46,625 bases of DNA from Candidatus Methylomirabilota bacterium. GTDB taxonomy: Bacteria; Methylomirabilota; Methylomirabilia; Rokubacteriales; CSP1-6. The position numbers were made by a program, and so were the translations under genes. The notes beneath the pieces were generated by a model that was given only the letters and a program-made list of their open reading frames with translations, was not told the DNA's origin and ran no database searches. The DNA lies in assembly GCA_046726415.1 (NCBI GenBank), contig JBKPAK010000262.1:1-46625 (forward strand). The letters run 5' to 3'. Positions 18,358 through 29,256 of this stretch are shown in pieces (positions within the stretch are counted from its first letter, which is position 1; the number at the start of each line of letters is the position of its first letter).

Positions 18358-18672
18358 ATGTGTGCGGCGCGGCGCGAGATGAACTTCGGGGTGTTCGTTC
18401 TCGGCACCGGCAACCACTCCGCGTGCTGGCGATAGGAGGGCGCGGCGACCAGCAACAACGACCTCGCGCTCATCTAGGAGATTGCCCGCCAGGCCGAGCG
18501 CGGGAAGTTCGACCTGCTCTTCGTCTCCGACGGCCTCGTCATGGACCCCGGCGATCATCCGTCCTTCCTGTGCCGGTTCGAACCGACCACCCTCATCTCC
18601 GTGCTGAGGGCCTCCACCCGGCACATCGGCCTGGGCGCCACCGTCTCGACCAGCTTCGGCGAGCCCTATCAC
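18358..18672 (+). pseudogene. N-terminal fragment of an LLM-class flavin monooxygenase (NtaA/DszA family)
   Basis: IARQAERGKFDLLFVSDG, RFEPTTL and THIGLGATVSTSFGEPY-like motifs. In-frame TAG at 18433 and 18475; truncated by the IS remnant. Confidence 0.85.
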
Positions 18673-18960
18673 AGCTGCTCCAGAAGCTGGCCGTGCTCGT
18701 GCCCGCGCCGCGGCCCCATCTGCTGCGCTATCACGGTGTCCTGGCGCCCCGGGCAGCCTGCCGCTCCCTGATCGTGCCGCGCCCGGTCGAGGCCCGAAGC
18801 GCCCAGGCCTCGGCGGCCGTGACGGGGAACCTCGGAGCTGTGTTGGCGGCCGCTGGGCTGGCTCGCCCGGCGCGGCCGGACTGGGCGGCACTGCTCCGCC
18901 GGGTGTTCGCCGTCGATGTGCTGCATGGTCTGCGCCGTGGGGGCCGGCGACGGCTCCGCG
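18672..18960 (+). mobile_element. Second IS91/ISCR-like transposase remnant
   Basis: LLQKLAVLVPAPRPHLLRYHGVLAP (catalytic RYHG region of the IS91 family) and DWAALLRRVFAVDVL. Shares 196 bp with 16367-16562. Confidence 0.8.
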
Positions 18961-19050
18961 CTCGACCCCTCGCGGCTCGATCGTGTACGATCGCGACGGC
19001 ACCTCGACCCCGCAGCGTGGGCCCGTGCCGGTAACGGGGGATCTCGCGCC

Positions 19051-20868
19051 GTGGCCTTGCGCATCGAAGATTACGCGATCATCGGCGACACGGAGTCGGC
19101 CGCCCTCGCCGGCAAGAACGGTTCAATCGACTGGTTGTGCGCTCCGCGATTCGACTCGCCGGCGTACTTCGCCGCCCTCCTCGGCACGGACGCCAACGGG
19201 TACTGGCAGATCGCGCCGGCTAGCGAGGTGCGGCGCGTCGAGCGCCGGTACCGGCCGGGCACGCTCGTCCTCGAGACCGTCTTCGAGACTGACGACGGAG
19301 CCGTACGGCTGGTGGATTGCATGCCACCACGCGACGAGCAGGCCGATGTCGTTCGAGTGGTCGAAGGTATCCGGGGGCGCGTCGCGATGGAGATGCGCCT
19401 GGCCCCCCGGTTCGATTACGGCCGCCTCGTCCCCGCCCTCGGCCGCACCGACCAGGGCGTGTTCGCCGTCGCGGGGCCGGACGCCGTCTGCCTGCGCACC
19501 CCCGTGAGCCTGCGTGACGGCCATGCGACAGCCTCGGCGGCGTTCACCGTCTCCCACGGCGAGCGCGTGCCGTTTCACCTCGTATGGTATCCCTCCCATC
19601 TCCCCGTGCCGGAGCCAGTCGATCCGCTCGACCTGGTGGCTCGTACCGAGGCGTGGTGGCAGGACTGGTCGGGACGCTGCCAGTACCAGGGCCCGTACCG
19701 GGACGACGTGCTTCGGTCGCTGATCACGTTGAAGGCACTCACGTATTCGCCGACAGGCGCGATCGTGGCGGCGGTCACCACGTCGCTGCCGGAAGAGATC
19801 GGCGGCGAGAGGAACTGGGACTATCGCTACTGCTGGCTGCGCGACGGCGCGTTCACTCTGGCGCCGCTCGTCCGAACCGGCTACATGGACGAGGCCCTGG
19901 CGTGGCGAGCCTGGCTCTTGCGGGCCATCGCCGGCGATCCGGGTCAGCTGCAGCTCATGTACGGCGTGGGGGGCGAGCACCGGCTGACCGAGCTCGAGTT
20001 GCCCTGGCTCCCGGGGTACGAGGGCTCTAGGCCGGTCCGCATCGGCAATGCTGCCAGCGAGCAGTTCCAGCTCGACATCTTCGGCGAAATCCTCGCGGTC
20101 CTGTACAGAGCATGGCAGGCCGGTCTCCCCGCACGCGGCGATCTTACTCGATCGCCGGGCATCGACCTCCCCGCGGTGATCGATATCGTGGAGCGTCGTT
20201 GGCGCGAGCCGGACGAGGGAATCTGGGAGGTTCGCGGCGCGCGACAGCACTTCACCTACTCCAAGGTCGCCGCCTGGACCGCCGTCGACCGCGCGATCAG
20301 GGTGGCAGAGGCCACCGGCCGCGCGGCGCCACTGGAGCGTTGGCGCCGGGTGCGTGATGAGATCCACGCCGACGTCTGCGCGCGGGGCTTCGACGGGAAG
20401 CGCAACTCGTTCGTGCAGTATTACGGGGCATCGGGGCTGGACGCCAGCCTCCTACTCATCCCCCTCAGCGGCTTCCTCCCACCACGGGACCCCCGGGTGC
20501 TGGCCACGATCGATGCGATCCAGCGAGAGCTCTCTTCCCGTCCGTTCGTCTGGCGGTACGCCACCGAGGGTGGGGTGGACGGGTTGGCCGGGGGGGAGGG
20601 GGCGTTCCTCATCTGCTCGTTCTGGCTGGTCAGCGCTCTGGCACTCGCGGGACGGCTTGACGAGGCGGAGCGCAACCTGGAGCAGCTCCGAGCGCTTCAG
20701 AACGACGTTGGTCTGCTCAGCGAGGAGTATGACCCCGTCGGTCGGCGCATGCTGGGCAACTTTCCCCAGGCGTTCTCTCATATCGGGCTGCTGCACTCGA
20801 TCCTCACTATCGCGGACGCACAGGCCGCAGTCTCCGGGCTCGCTCGGCCGGCGCCTCGTGGACGGTGA
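19051..20868 (+). CDS. Glycoside hydrolase family 15 (trehalase/glucoamylase-like)
   Basis: [59 protein letters not shown] and GNFPQAFSH motifs. Confidence 0.93.
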   Translation: MALRIEDYAIIGDTESAALAGKNGSIDWLCAPRFDSPAYFAALLGTDANGYWQIAPASEVRRVERRYRPGTLVLETVFETDDGAVRLVDCMPPRDEQADVVRVVEGIRGRVAMEMRLAPRFDYGRLVPALGRTDQGVFAVAGPDAVCLRTPVSLRDGHATASAAFTVSHGERVPFHLVWYPSHLPVPEPVDPLDLVARTEAWWQDWSGRCQYQGPYRDDVLRSLITLKALTYSPTGAIVAAVTTSLPEEIGGERNWDYRYCWLRDGAFTLAPLVRTGYMDEALAWRAWLLRAIAGDPGQLQLMYGVGGEHRLTELELPWLPGYEGSRPVRIGNAASEQFQLDIFGEILAVLYRAWQAGLPARGDLTRSPGIDLPAVIDIVERRWREPDEGIWEVRGARQHFTYSKVAAWTAVDRAIRVAEATGRAAPLERWRRVRDEIHADVCARGFDGKRNSFVQYYGASGLDASLLLIPLSGFLPPRDPRVLATIDAIQRELSSRPFVWRYATEGGVDGLAGGEGAFLICSFWLVSALALAGRLDEAERNLEQLRALQNDVGLLSEEYDPVGRRMLGNFPQAFSHIGLLHSILTIADAQAAVSGLARPAPRGR

Positions 20869-21112
20869 GAAGATGGTCACCATCTTCGGTGAGAAGGTCG
20901 CGGTGAGAGCCTCGGTCCACACCCTCGGTGGGTTCAGCGCCCACGCCGGCCAGGACGACCTCGTGCGCTGGTTCGAAGCATGGCGTCCTCGCGGCCGCAG
21001 CTGATCCTGGCGCACGGCGAGGACCGCGCCCGGCGGGCGCTCGGTCAGCGCATCGAGACCGAGCACGGGATCCGAGCCCGGTGTCCAAACCTCGGCGAGA
21101 CGATCGAGATCC
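20845..21112 (+). pseudogene. C-terminal fragment of a beta-CASP MBL-fold ribonuclease
   Basis: [39 protein letters not shown], then a frameshift to [11 protein letters not shown]. Overlaps the GH15 3' end. Confidence 0.75.
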
Positions 21113-21135
21113 GAGCGAGGCGGGAGAGACAGGTC

Positions 21136-21861
21136 ATGGACCGTAGCGCGGGGCACGAGCGAGGGGCCAACGGCAGCGTCATCCTGTCAGATGAGGACGC
21201 GGTCAAGCAGGTACTGGTGGACTCCGTGCTCGGATTGTGGGACGTCGTCAACAATCTGACGCGCCTCAAGCCGTCGCGACGCGACCGCTACCGGGTCACC
21301 ATCTTCGGCTCGGCGCGGATCCACCCCGGGACCTTCGGCTACGAGGAGACGAAGCGGGTCGCGCACGCGCTGGCCGAGCTCGGCTGCGACATCATCACAG
21401 GCGGCGGCCCCGGCCTGATGCAGGCCGCCAACGAGGGGGCCGCCCTCAGCGGGGGGCAGGCGAGCTCCGTGGGCATCCGGGTCGATCTTCCCTTCGAGCA
21501 GGACGTCAACAGCTTCGTCGGCATGGCCTTCGAGCACCGGACATTCTTCACGCGCCTGCACCAGTTCGTGCTCACCTCCGATGCGTTCGTGGTGGCGCCG
21601 GGCGGGATCGGCACCGTGCTCGAGACCCTGCTGATCTGGCAACTGCTCCAGGTGGGGCACCTGCGCGGCGTCCCGCTGATCCTGGTGGGCCGGATGTGGC
21701 CTGGCCTCGTCGAGTGGGCGCGCTCCGCCATGCTCTCCACCGACCCGCCGCTGGCCAGCGGCAACGACATGGACATCCCGCGCTGCGTGGACTCCGGCGA
21801 CGAGGCAATCGCGATACTCCGCCAGGACCACGAGCGCTGGCGCCGCGCGACCGCCGGCTGA
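21136..21861 (+). CDS. LOG-family nucleotide phosphoribohydrolase-like protein
   Basis: VTIFGSARI, TGGGPGLMQAANEGA, FFTRL and PGGIGTVLE motifs. Confidence 0.88.
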   Translation: MDRSAGHERGANGSVILSDEDAVKQVLVDSVLGLWDVVNNLTRLKPSRRDRYRVTIFGSARIHPGTFGYEETKRVAHALAELGCDIITGGGPGLMQAANEGAALSGGQASSVGIRVDLPFEQDVNSFVGMAFEHRTFFTRLHQFVLTSDAFVVAPGGIGTVLETLLIWQLLQVGHLRGVPLILVGRMWPGLVEWARSAMLSTDPPLASGNDMDIPRCVDSGDEAIAILRQDHERWRRATAG

Positions 21862-21992
21862 GGCGGGCGTCGGACCCGCTCCGGGCGAACGGATCGTCGG
21901 CCTGCACCAGCGCCTCGTCCACGCGGACCGAGCGAGCATCGGGAGCTCACCTGCCGTCCTGAGCGCCTCGCACCAGGCTCCGGCTCTCGACC

Positions 21993-23362
21993 GTGCTGAC
22001 CCTCAGGAGCGGCCAGGCCGCGCCCGGCAATCGCACACGTTTCCGCCGTCGCACCGCCGCCGGCCCGCGGCGTAGTCCGGGTCCCGATTCGGACTTGCTC
22101 GTCGGGGTGGCTCTCTCGGGCGGAGGCAGTCGGGCCGCCCTCTTCGCGGCCGCCGGCCTGGAGGCGCTCGGCCGGGTGCGCGTTCCAGGTGGCGGTTCCC
22201 TGCTCGAGTGGGCCGGCTACATATCGAGCGTATCCGGGGGAAGCGTGGCCGCGGCCTATTACGCGAGCCGGAAACCTCCGCATGCGATTCCGGTTCTCAC
22301 GGCCCAGGACGCGCTGAGCGATGACTATCGGGCGTTCTTCGCCCGCTTCCAGAAGCCGTTGAGCAGGACATCGAGGGCGCGATGATCCGCCGCCAGTTAA
22401 GCACCTTTCGATGGCTCAACTCCTCGCTGGCCGCACGATCCCTGGCCGAGGTCCTCACCGAGCGCGTGCTTGGCGAGATCCGCTTCCAGGGAGTGGCCGA
22501 GCGCGAGGTTCAGGGAGATAGTCCGCGTCTGATCGTCAACACCACCCTCTTCAACAACGGCCGGCGCCTCGTCTTCACCACCTTGCCGCGGGACTCTATG
22601 CAGTACGATTTCTTCCACGCGCTGCGAGAGTCCCTGGCTCGGCGCGGGGTCGCCGCTGAGATCTCCGCCAATCTCATGCAGCGCTGGGAAACGTTGCTCC
22701 CCGTCCAGGATCTGCACCTGGACCCCTGTGCCATACGGCTGGCGGCCGCGGTCGCCGGCTCAGCGTCCTTTCCTCCGCTCATCGGCCCCATCACGTTCCG
22801 GGTCGGCGACGAGGAGGAGTACTGGCACACGGGCGACGGGGGCCTCTACGAGAACCAGGGCGTGGAGTCCATTCTCTTCGCCTTCCTGAAAAAGCTCCAG
22901 GCGAGGAAATCTCGGCGCGCGCTGATCATCTCCTTCGACAGCTCGTACCCGTTCTCGGTGGGAGCCCGCCGCCTGACCGTCCGGGCTGAGCCCTTCAGCC
23001 TCTTCACTTATGATTTTTCCCGGATTCCCAGCATCATGGAGGAACGGGCCACGGCGTATCAGCAGCTGTTCTTTAAGAGCCTGCAGTTCGAGGGCGTCTT
23101 TCCCGACGCGCGGGCCGCGCGGGTTGTCGTGATCCGGCACACCGATGCGAAGTGGAGGGCCGATCTCACCGATCTGCCCGAGGCGTGTCGCGGGGAGAGG
23201 CCGCCCATGGCCTCGGTCGAGGCGGTACAGGAGCGCATCGCGGAGATCCCCACGCGCTTCAGACTGCCGTCGGAGTGCGACCGGCAGCTGTTGGTCACTG
23301 CCGCTGCCAAGGTCGTGGCGCAGAAGCAGCAAGAGATTCGAGACTTTCTCGCCGTCGAGTAG
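21993..23362 (+). pseudogene. Patatin-like phospholipase, frameshifted near 22365
   Basis: ALSGGGSRAA and SSVSGGS lie in ORF 21993-22385; SASFP and DGGLYEN lie in ORF 22382-23362. Confidence 0.8.
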
Positions 23363-23683
23363 CAAGGAAGTCCCGCCTGTCCGTCGCCCAAGTCCTATCC
23401 GCCGGCCAAGTGGTTCGGTCCGGATCCGGCCACCATCCAGCAGGCGCGCCGCATGATCCTCGTGGGGGTAGGGTGGCGTCGAGGGCGTTGCGCCCGAGCG
23501 CGCCTCGAACCATCGGAGCGCGTCGAGCAGGGCGCGGCGGGCGCGGCGCGGGCAGTAGAGCGCCAGGACCAGCGCGTCGGTATACCATGCTGTCCGCGGT
23601 CGGGAACCGTCCGCTGTGCGTGGGCCGCCGTCGAACGCCGTTGCGCTGACCATCGGCGACGTGGCGACAAGGGAGGAACCACC

Positions 23684-25030
23684 ATGATCGCGATGATGAA
23701 GAGAACCAGGCTTCTGGCATGGCTGCTGGTGCTGGCGATGGCCGGCCCCCTCCCTGCGACCGCCCAGACAGCCCCGCCGCCGCCCCCTCCGCCGGCCGGG
23801 TCGGAGGCCGCCTTCACCCCGGAACAGCTCGAGCAGGTGGCGGCTCCGATCGCGCTGTACCCGGATCCCCTGCTGGCGCAGGTGCTGATGGCCTCGACCT
23901 ACCCGCTGGAGGTCGTCCAGGCCGCGCGCTTCCTCAAGGCCAACCCCAATCTCAAGGGCGATCCGCTCAACGAGAAGCTCAAGGAGCAGACCTGGGACGA
24001 CAGCGTCAAGTCCCTCGTCTCGTTTCCCCAGGTACTGGATCTCATGAACGAGAAGCTCGACTGGACGCAGAAGCTCGGCGACGCGTTCCTGGCCAACGAG
24101 AAGGCGCTGCTGGATGCCGTCCAGCGCCTGCGCGCGCGCGCAGGCCCAGGGCAACCTCAAGAGCAGCCCCGAGCAGACCGTGACCGTCGAGCCCGCCGCC
24201 GCGGCGGCGGCGACCACGGCCCAGCAGGCCGCGGTGGTCCAGCAGCAACCCCCCACGGTCATCAAGATCGAGCCGTCCAATCCCGACGTCGTCTACGTGC
24301 CGACCTACAACCCCACGGTGGTCTACGGGGCGTGGCCGTATCCGGCCTACCCGCCCTACTATCCCTACCCGCCGGGCTACGCGTTCGGCACGGCCGCACT
24401 CTCCCCTTCGGCATCGGGATGGCGGTGGGCGCGGTGGTGTGGGGCAACTGCAACTGGGGCGGCGGCAACGTGGACGTGGACGTCAACCGGAACACGAACT
24501 TCTCGAGGAACGTGAACCGCACTGAGGTCGCGAACAACCGCACCGCCCGTGTCCAGGAGCGTCAGTCGGGGAACCGATCGCAGTGGCAGCACAACCCGGA
24601 GAATCGCCGGGGCGTCCAGTATCGGGATCAGAGCACGCAGCAGCGCTACAACCGCGCGTCCAACCCCCAGGCGACCCAGTCGCGCGAGGCGTTCCGCGGC
24701 CGCGCCGAGCAGGGGCGCCAAGACCTGTCGCGCGGCGGCGGAGGGTCGTTTGACGGCGGCCGCGGGCAAGGGCCGGGCGGCGGGCAAGGGCGCGGCGGTG
24801 GAGGGCGAGACGCCGGCGCGTTTCAGGGGATGGGCTCCGGCGGTGATATCAGGGGCTCCAGCAGCCGGGGGCAGGCCAGTCGAGAGAGTATGGGCGCAAG
24901 TAGAGGAGGCGGGGGCGCCCGTGCGGGCGGCGGCGAGATCAGCGCTGGCGGGCGAGGCGGCGGTGGCGGCGGCGGAGGGGCGCGGGGCGGAGGCGGACGA
25001 GGCGGGGGCGGTCGAGGAGGTCGCCGATGA
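23684..25030 (+). CDS. DUF3300 protein with two compensating frameshifts (probably defective)
   Basis: LEQVAAPIALYPDPLLAQVLMASTYP and WDDSVKSL motifs. The conserved IEP...VYVPTYNPTVVYG segment lies in another frame (about 24141-24405). Gly/Arg-rich tail. Confidence 0.8.
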   Translation: MIAMMKRTRLLAWLLVLAMAGPLPATAQTAPPPPPPPAGSEAAFTPEQLEQVAAPIALYPDPLLAQVLMASTYPLEVVQAARFLKANPNLKGDPLNEKLKEQTWDDSVKSLVSFPQVLDLMNEKLDWTQKLGDAFLANEKALLDAVQRLRARAGPGQPQEQPRADRDRRARRRGGGDHGPAGRGGPAATPHGHQDRAVQSRRRLRADLQPHGGLRGVAVSGLPALLSLPAGLRVRHGRTLPFGIGMAVGAVVWGNCNWGGGNVDVDVNRNTNFSRNVNRTEVANNRTARVQERQSGNRSQWQHNPENRRGVQYRDQSTQQRYNRASNPQATQSREAFRGRAEQGRQDLSRGGGGSFDGGRGQGPGGGQGRGGGGRDAGAFQGMGSGGDIRGSSSRGQASRESMGASRGGGGARAGGGEISAGGRGGGGGGGGARGGGGRGGGGRGGRR

Positions 25031-25593
25031 GCCGCGTCGGGCGGCGTGTCGTCGCGGCGGTCGTCGTGACCGTGATCGTCGCCGTCGGATGGGGCGCTCC
25101 CGCGTCCGCCGCGACTGCGCACCGGCGTTTCGCCACGGCGGAGGAGGCCGCCGGCGCCCTGGTCGCCGCGCTGCGATCCGGCGATCAAAAGGCGCTGCTG
25201 GCCATCCTCGGTGACGAGGGCAGGAACCTCGTCTCCTCCGGAGATCCGGTGGCCGACCGGCAGCGGCGCGATCGCTTCGTGGCCGAGTACGACGCCCAGC
25301 ACAAGCTGGAGGCCGGTGGCGGGAAGATCGTCCTCGTCGTGGGCCGAAATGACTTTCCGTTCCCAATTCCCATCGTGCCGGACGGCGGCGCCTACGACTA
25401 CATGGCGCACGGCCGGATGCTGGGAGGCTTCGCGCTAGTCGCCTATCCCGCGCAGTACGGCGTGTCCGGCGTGATGACCTTCATCGTCAATCACGACGGC
25501 GTCGTGTACCAGAAGGACCTCGGGCCGAGGACCGCCGCCATCGCTCTCTCCATGAAGGAGTTCAACCCGGACAGCACGTGGAAGAAGATCTAG
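25027..25593 (+). pseudogene. DUF2950 protein with a large in-frame internal deletion
   Basis: FPFPIPIVPDGG joins directly to AYDY...GGFALVAYPAQYGVSGVMTFIVNHDGVVYQKDLG. This family is the usual partner of DUF3300. Confidence 0.8.
25533..25591 (+). repeat. Exact 59-bp direct repeat, copy 1 (DUF2950 3' end)
   Basis: CGCCGCCATCGCTCTCTCCATGAAGGAGTTCAACCCGGACAGCACGTGGAAGAAGATCT, identical to 34351-34409. Confidence 0.95.
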
Positions 25594-25997
25594 CCTGCTT
25601 CAGGAGCCATTGTCGTGCCGCCGCAACCTCCCTGACAGAGAAGTGTCCGATCGTCGCCTGGTGGCGCGCCCGACCGGCGCGGCCCCCGGCACCCTGCCCC
25701 GAGTGACGTGGCGCCGGCAGATCGAGATCGACCCCCGAGTCCGTGGGTTCAAGCTCCAGTTCACCGAAGCGGACTTCACATGACCGGGGCTGTCCCATTC
25801 GCGTGCAGCGGGGGGAAGCGCCGTCACGAGCACGCCCAGGCCCGCTCAGAGCGAGGTCCGCGTCAGAGCAGCGCGCCGCAGCACGTGATCGCGGCGACGT
25901 CGGGTTCCTCGGCGCCCCACGCCGGCCACGTCTGGCGAGAGACGGTGCGATCGGTGCAGGGTAGGCCTCTCCACCACGACGGTAGCGGCGTAGACCA

Positions 25998-27056
25998 GTG
26001 AACTGGCTGCTGCCTTTCGTCCCCCTGGCGGTCGCCCTCGAACAGTTTTCTCCCGACCGCCACCTGCTCGTCTTCGCCGCTTCCGCGATCGCCATCATTC
26101 CCCTGGCCAGCTGGATGAGCCGCGCGACCGAGAGTCTGGCCGAACATACCGGCGCCGGCGTGGGCGGACTCCTGAACGCCACCTTCGGGAACGCCGCCGA
26201 GCTCATCATCGCTTTCTCGGCGCTCCGGGCGGGGCTCTACGGATTGGTGAAGGCATCGCTGGTCGGGGCGATCGTGGGGAACATGCTGTTCGTGCTCGGG
26301 CTCTCGATGTTCGCGGGTGGCCTGCGGCACCGCGAGCAGCATTTCAATCCCGCCGGCGGACGGTCACAGGCGACGCTGCTCATCATCGCCACCATCGCGC
26401 TCATCCTGCCCGCCGCCTACCGGGGCGCCGAGAACCTCGACCCGGCGGGGCTGGGGCCGCTGAGCGTCGCCATCTCGATCGCGTTGCTCGCCGTGTATGC
26501 GGCCAACCTCGTGTTTACGCTCATCACCCACCGGGCTCTCTTCGCCGGGCACGCCGCCGAACATGGGGACCTTGCCCCGACGTGGACCGTCGGGCGGGCG
26601 GTGGTCGTCCTCGCGTCCGCCACCGGGTTGATCGCCTGGATGAGCGAGATCCTGGTCGGCGCCGTCGAACCGGCCGCCGGGGAGCTCGGGCTGAGCGATG
26701 CCTTCGTCGGCGTCTTCGTGGTCGCGGTGCTGGCCGCCGCCGCCGAATGGATCACCGCCGTGAAGGCCGCCCTCAAGAATCGCATCGATCTGTCGTTGTC
26801 GATCGCGATGAGCTCGAGCGTTCAGATCGCGTTGTTCGTCTCACCGCTGCTGGTGCTGGCCAGTTACGCCGTGGGGCCTCATCCCATGGACCTGGCCTTC
26901 GCCAATGGACTCGTGGTGACCGTGGTGCTCTCGGCCTTGATCGCGGTGCCGGCCTCCAGTGACGGCCGTTCGGACTGGTTCAAAGGGCTCCAGCTCCTCG
27001 CCGTGTATGTGATCCTCGGCATCCTCTACCTCTTCGTGCCGACAGCACGGCCCTGA
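25998..27056 (+). CDS. Calcium/proton exchanger (CAX/ChaA family)
   Basis: GGLLNATFGNAAELI, VKASLVGAIVGN and SSVQIALFV motifs. The second alpha repeat reads AAAAEW rather than GNAAEH. Confidence 0.9.
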   Translation: MNWLLPFVPLAVALEQFSPDRHLLVFAASAIAIIPLASWMSRATESLAEHTGAGVGGLLNATFGNAAELIIAFSALRAGLYGLVKASLVGAIVGNMLFVLGLSMFAGGLRHREQHFNPAGGRSQATLLIIATIALILPAAYRGAENLDPAGLGPLSVAISIALLAVYAANLVFTLITHRALFAGHAAEHGDLAPTWTVGRAVVVLASATGLIAWMSEILVGAVEPAAGELGLSDAFVGVFVVAVLAAAAEWITAVKAALKNRIDLSLSIAMSSSVQIALFVSPLLVLASYAVGPHPMDLAFANGLVVTVVLSALIAVPASSDGRSDWFKGLQLLAVYVILGILYLFVPTARP

Positions 27057-27061
27057 ACGGG

Positions 27062-27714
27062 ATGGCGCGTGGCGGCGTTCTCCGTCGCATCGCCTCGGCC
27101 TACGGCGAGCGCCGGTACACCTTCCTTTTCTACCTGCTGCTGCTGACCTTCGTGGTGAACCCCCTGATGGCTGTGATCCGACCCCGAGGCCATGCGCTGG
27201 ACCTGTTTCTGTGGTTGAACCTCGTCGCGGCCGCCGTGGGAATCCGCACACGCCGCGGGTGGGTCCTGGCCGTCCTGGGCCTCGTGGCCGTCCTGGGCCT
27301 GGAGATGTCAACCCATCGCCGGATCGGCGCCCTCTCCTACGCGCTCTGGGCCCTGCTCGCTCTCATCGCGGCCGCGACCGCGATCCGGTTTACCTGCACG
27401 CGCGCGAGGTCGGGGCAGAACAGATGTACGCGGCGTTGAGCGCGTATCTGCTGACCGGCCTTTTCTTTGGTGCGATCCACTGGAGCGTCGAGGATATCTG
27501 GCCCGGTTCCTACGCGGCATCGACGGGGGCGCCGCTGACCCCGTCCACCGCGATATACTTCAGCTTCGTCACGCTGGCCACGGTGGGTTACGGTGACGTG
27601 GTTCCCGCCCGTGAGGTGTCGCGCGGAGTGGCGATGTTCGAGGCGCTCGCGGGACAGCTCTATCTCGCCGTGTTGATCGCCCGGCTCGTGAGCGTGTACG
27701 TCGGGCGCCGCTGA
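27062..27714 (+). pseudogene. Potassium-channel-domain membrane protein, frameshifted near 27394
   Basis: YFSFVTLATVGYGDVVP selectivity filter and EALAGQLYLAVLIARLV. The N-terminal transmembrane part is in another frame. Confidence 0.8.
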
Positions 27715-27848
27715 CGGCGCCGCCCGAAAGTCGGCGCATCGGATGATGATGAAATGTCGACCTCCTGGCTTCCGCCTTCTGGCCGGCGGCCGTTCGGGGC
27801 ACGGGCCCGGTCACACGGCGCGCGTGCGGGAGCTCTACGCGCCACCTG

Positions 27849-27854
27849 TATAAT
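27849..27854 (+). promoter_or_regulatory. Candidate sigma-70 -10 element of the RND operon
   Basis: Perfect TATAAT in a GC-rich context, 40 nt upstream of ATG 27895. No clear -35. Confidence 0.4.
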
Positions 27855-27894
27855 CGTTCGGCCGCACTCTGCTCACCCTGAAGGGACGGAACAC

Positions 27895-29253
27895 ATGAAA
27901 ATTTGCCATTGGCCGAGCGGTCATCGGCCATATCTGACCGGGGCCGGTCTAGGGGCCCTTCTCGCGGCTGGTCTGCTCGTCGGTTGCGGCGAGGGGAAGA
28001 GCGCCGCCGACAAGAAGTCGGCGCCGCCGCCGCCGGCTGTCGTGGTCGCCGAGGTGGTCCAGCGGACGGTGCCGATCCGTACCGAGCTGGTGGCCCGCAC
28101 CGACGCCCAGGACACCGTCGAGATCCGCGCGCGCCTCCAGGCCTTCCTGCAGCAGCAGCACTTCACGGAAGGTACCCAGGTCAAGAAGGACCAGCTGCTG
28201 TTCACGCTGGACAAGCGGGAGTTCGAGGCCCAGCTGCAGCAGGGCCGAGCCCAGCTGGCCAAGGCCCAGGCCGACCTCGCGTTCGCCACGGAGCAGGCGA
28301 CCGTCGAAACGGCCAAGGCCAATCTCGACGTGGCCCTCGCCCAGCTCGGCAAGACGGACACCGACGTCAAGCGGCTGAGGCCCCTGGCCGAGCAGCGAGC
28401 GGTCCCTCAGCAGGACTACGACAATGCCCTCGCCAATCAGCAGGGAGCCCGGGCCGATGTGCAGGCCAAGAAGGCGGCGCTCGAGACGGTCCGCGTGAAC
28501 CGGAAGAGCGCCATCGAGCAGGCGGAAGCCGCCGTCGAGGCCGCGAAGGCCACCATCGACCAGGCCGAGCTGAACATCAGCTACTGCATCATCCGCTCTC
28601 CGATCAACGGGCTCATCGGCAAGCGCGAGGTCGCCCCCGGCAATCTCGTGGGACGGGGCGAGGCCACCCTGCTGGCGACGGTGTCGCGCCTGGATCCGCT
28701 CCGTGTCTTCCTCAGCGTGAGCGAGGCCGACTACCTGCGCTTCGTGGCGTCGCAAAAGAAGGGGCAGTCGCGGCCCGACACGGCCATCGAGCTGGTCCTG
28801 GCCGATGGGACCACCTTCCCGCACAAAGGGCGGGTCATCATCGCCGACCGTGCCGTCGACCTGGCCACCGGAACCCTCTCGCTCATCGCCGAGTTCCCCA
28901 ACCCCGACATGCTGGTGCGCCCCGGTCAGTTCGGCCGCGCCCTGGTGGCCGCAGAGGAGCGGCCCAACGCCATCCTCGTTCCCCAGCGCGCGGTCGTGGA
29001 AGTCCAGGGACAGCAGAGCGTGCTCGTGGTGGGAGAGGACAACATGGTGGCCCAGCGGACGATTACCCCGGCCGAGAGCGTCGGCGACAATCTGATCGTG
29101 ACCGCCGGGGTCAAGCCGGGCGAGCGCGTGATCGTCGAAGGAATTCAGAAGGCCCGCCCCGGAATGAAGGTGGCCCCGACCACCACCGGCAGCAGTCAGC
29201 CGGCGCCCCAGCCGGCCGGGCCGAAGCCGGCCGGTAAGGTCGGGGGCAAGTAG
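27895..29253 (+). CDS. RND efflux periplasmic adaptor (lipoprotein)
   Basis: Lipobox LVGC, VEIRAR, IRSPING, FPNPD.LVRPGQF and GERVIVEGIQK motifs. Confidence 0.93.
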   Translation: MKICHWPSGHRPYLTGAGLGALLAAGLLVGCGEGKSAADKKSAPPPPAVVVAEVVQRTVPIRTELVARTDAQDTVEIRARLQAFLQQQHFTEGTQVKKDQLLFTLDKREFEAQLQQGRAQLAKAQADLAFATEQATVETAKANLDVALAQLGKTDTDVKRLRPLAEQRAVPQQDYDNALANQQGARADVQAKKAALETVRVNRKSAIEQAEAAVEAAKATIDQAELNISYCIIRSPINGLIGKREVAPGNLVGRGEATLLATVSRLDPLRVFLSVSEADYLRFVASQKKGQSRPDTAIELVLADGTTFPHKGRVIIADRAVDLATGTLSLIAEFPNPDMLVRPGQFGRALVAAEERPNAILVPQRAVVEVQGQQSVLVVGEDNMVAQRTITPAESVGDNLIVTAGVKPGERVIVEGIQKARPGMKVAPTTTGSSQPAPQPAGPKPAGKVGGK

Positions 29254-29256
29254 GCC

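Noticed and set aside
17170..18480. Three in-frame TAG codons (livF, and two in the LLM gene) suggesting amber recoding
   Set aside because: Each is one substitution from the expected TGG, TAC or CAG. The same genes carry frameshifts or truncations, and intact genes such as ahcY and cobA end in TAG.
24730..25030. GGC-rich repetitive tract as a repeat array
   Set aside because: It encodes the ordinary Gly/Arg-rich tail of the DUF3300 protein and has no spacer structure.
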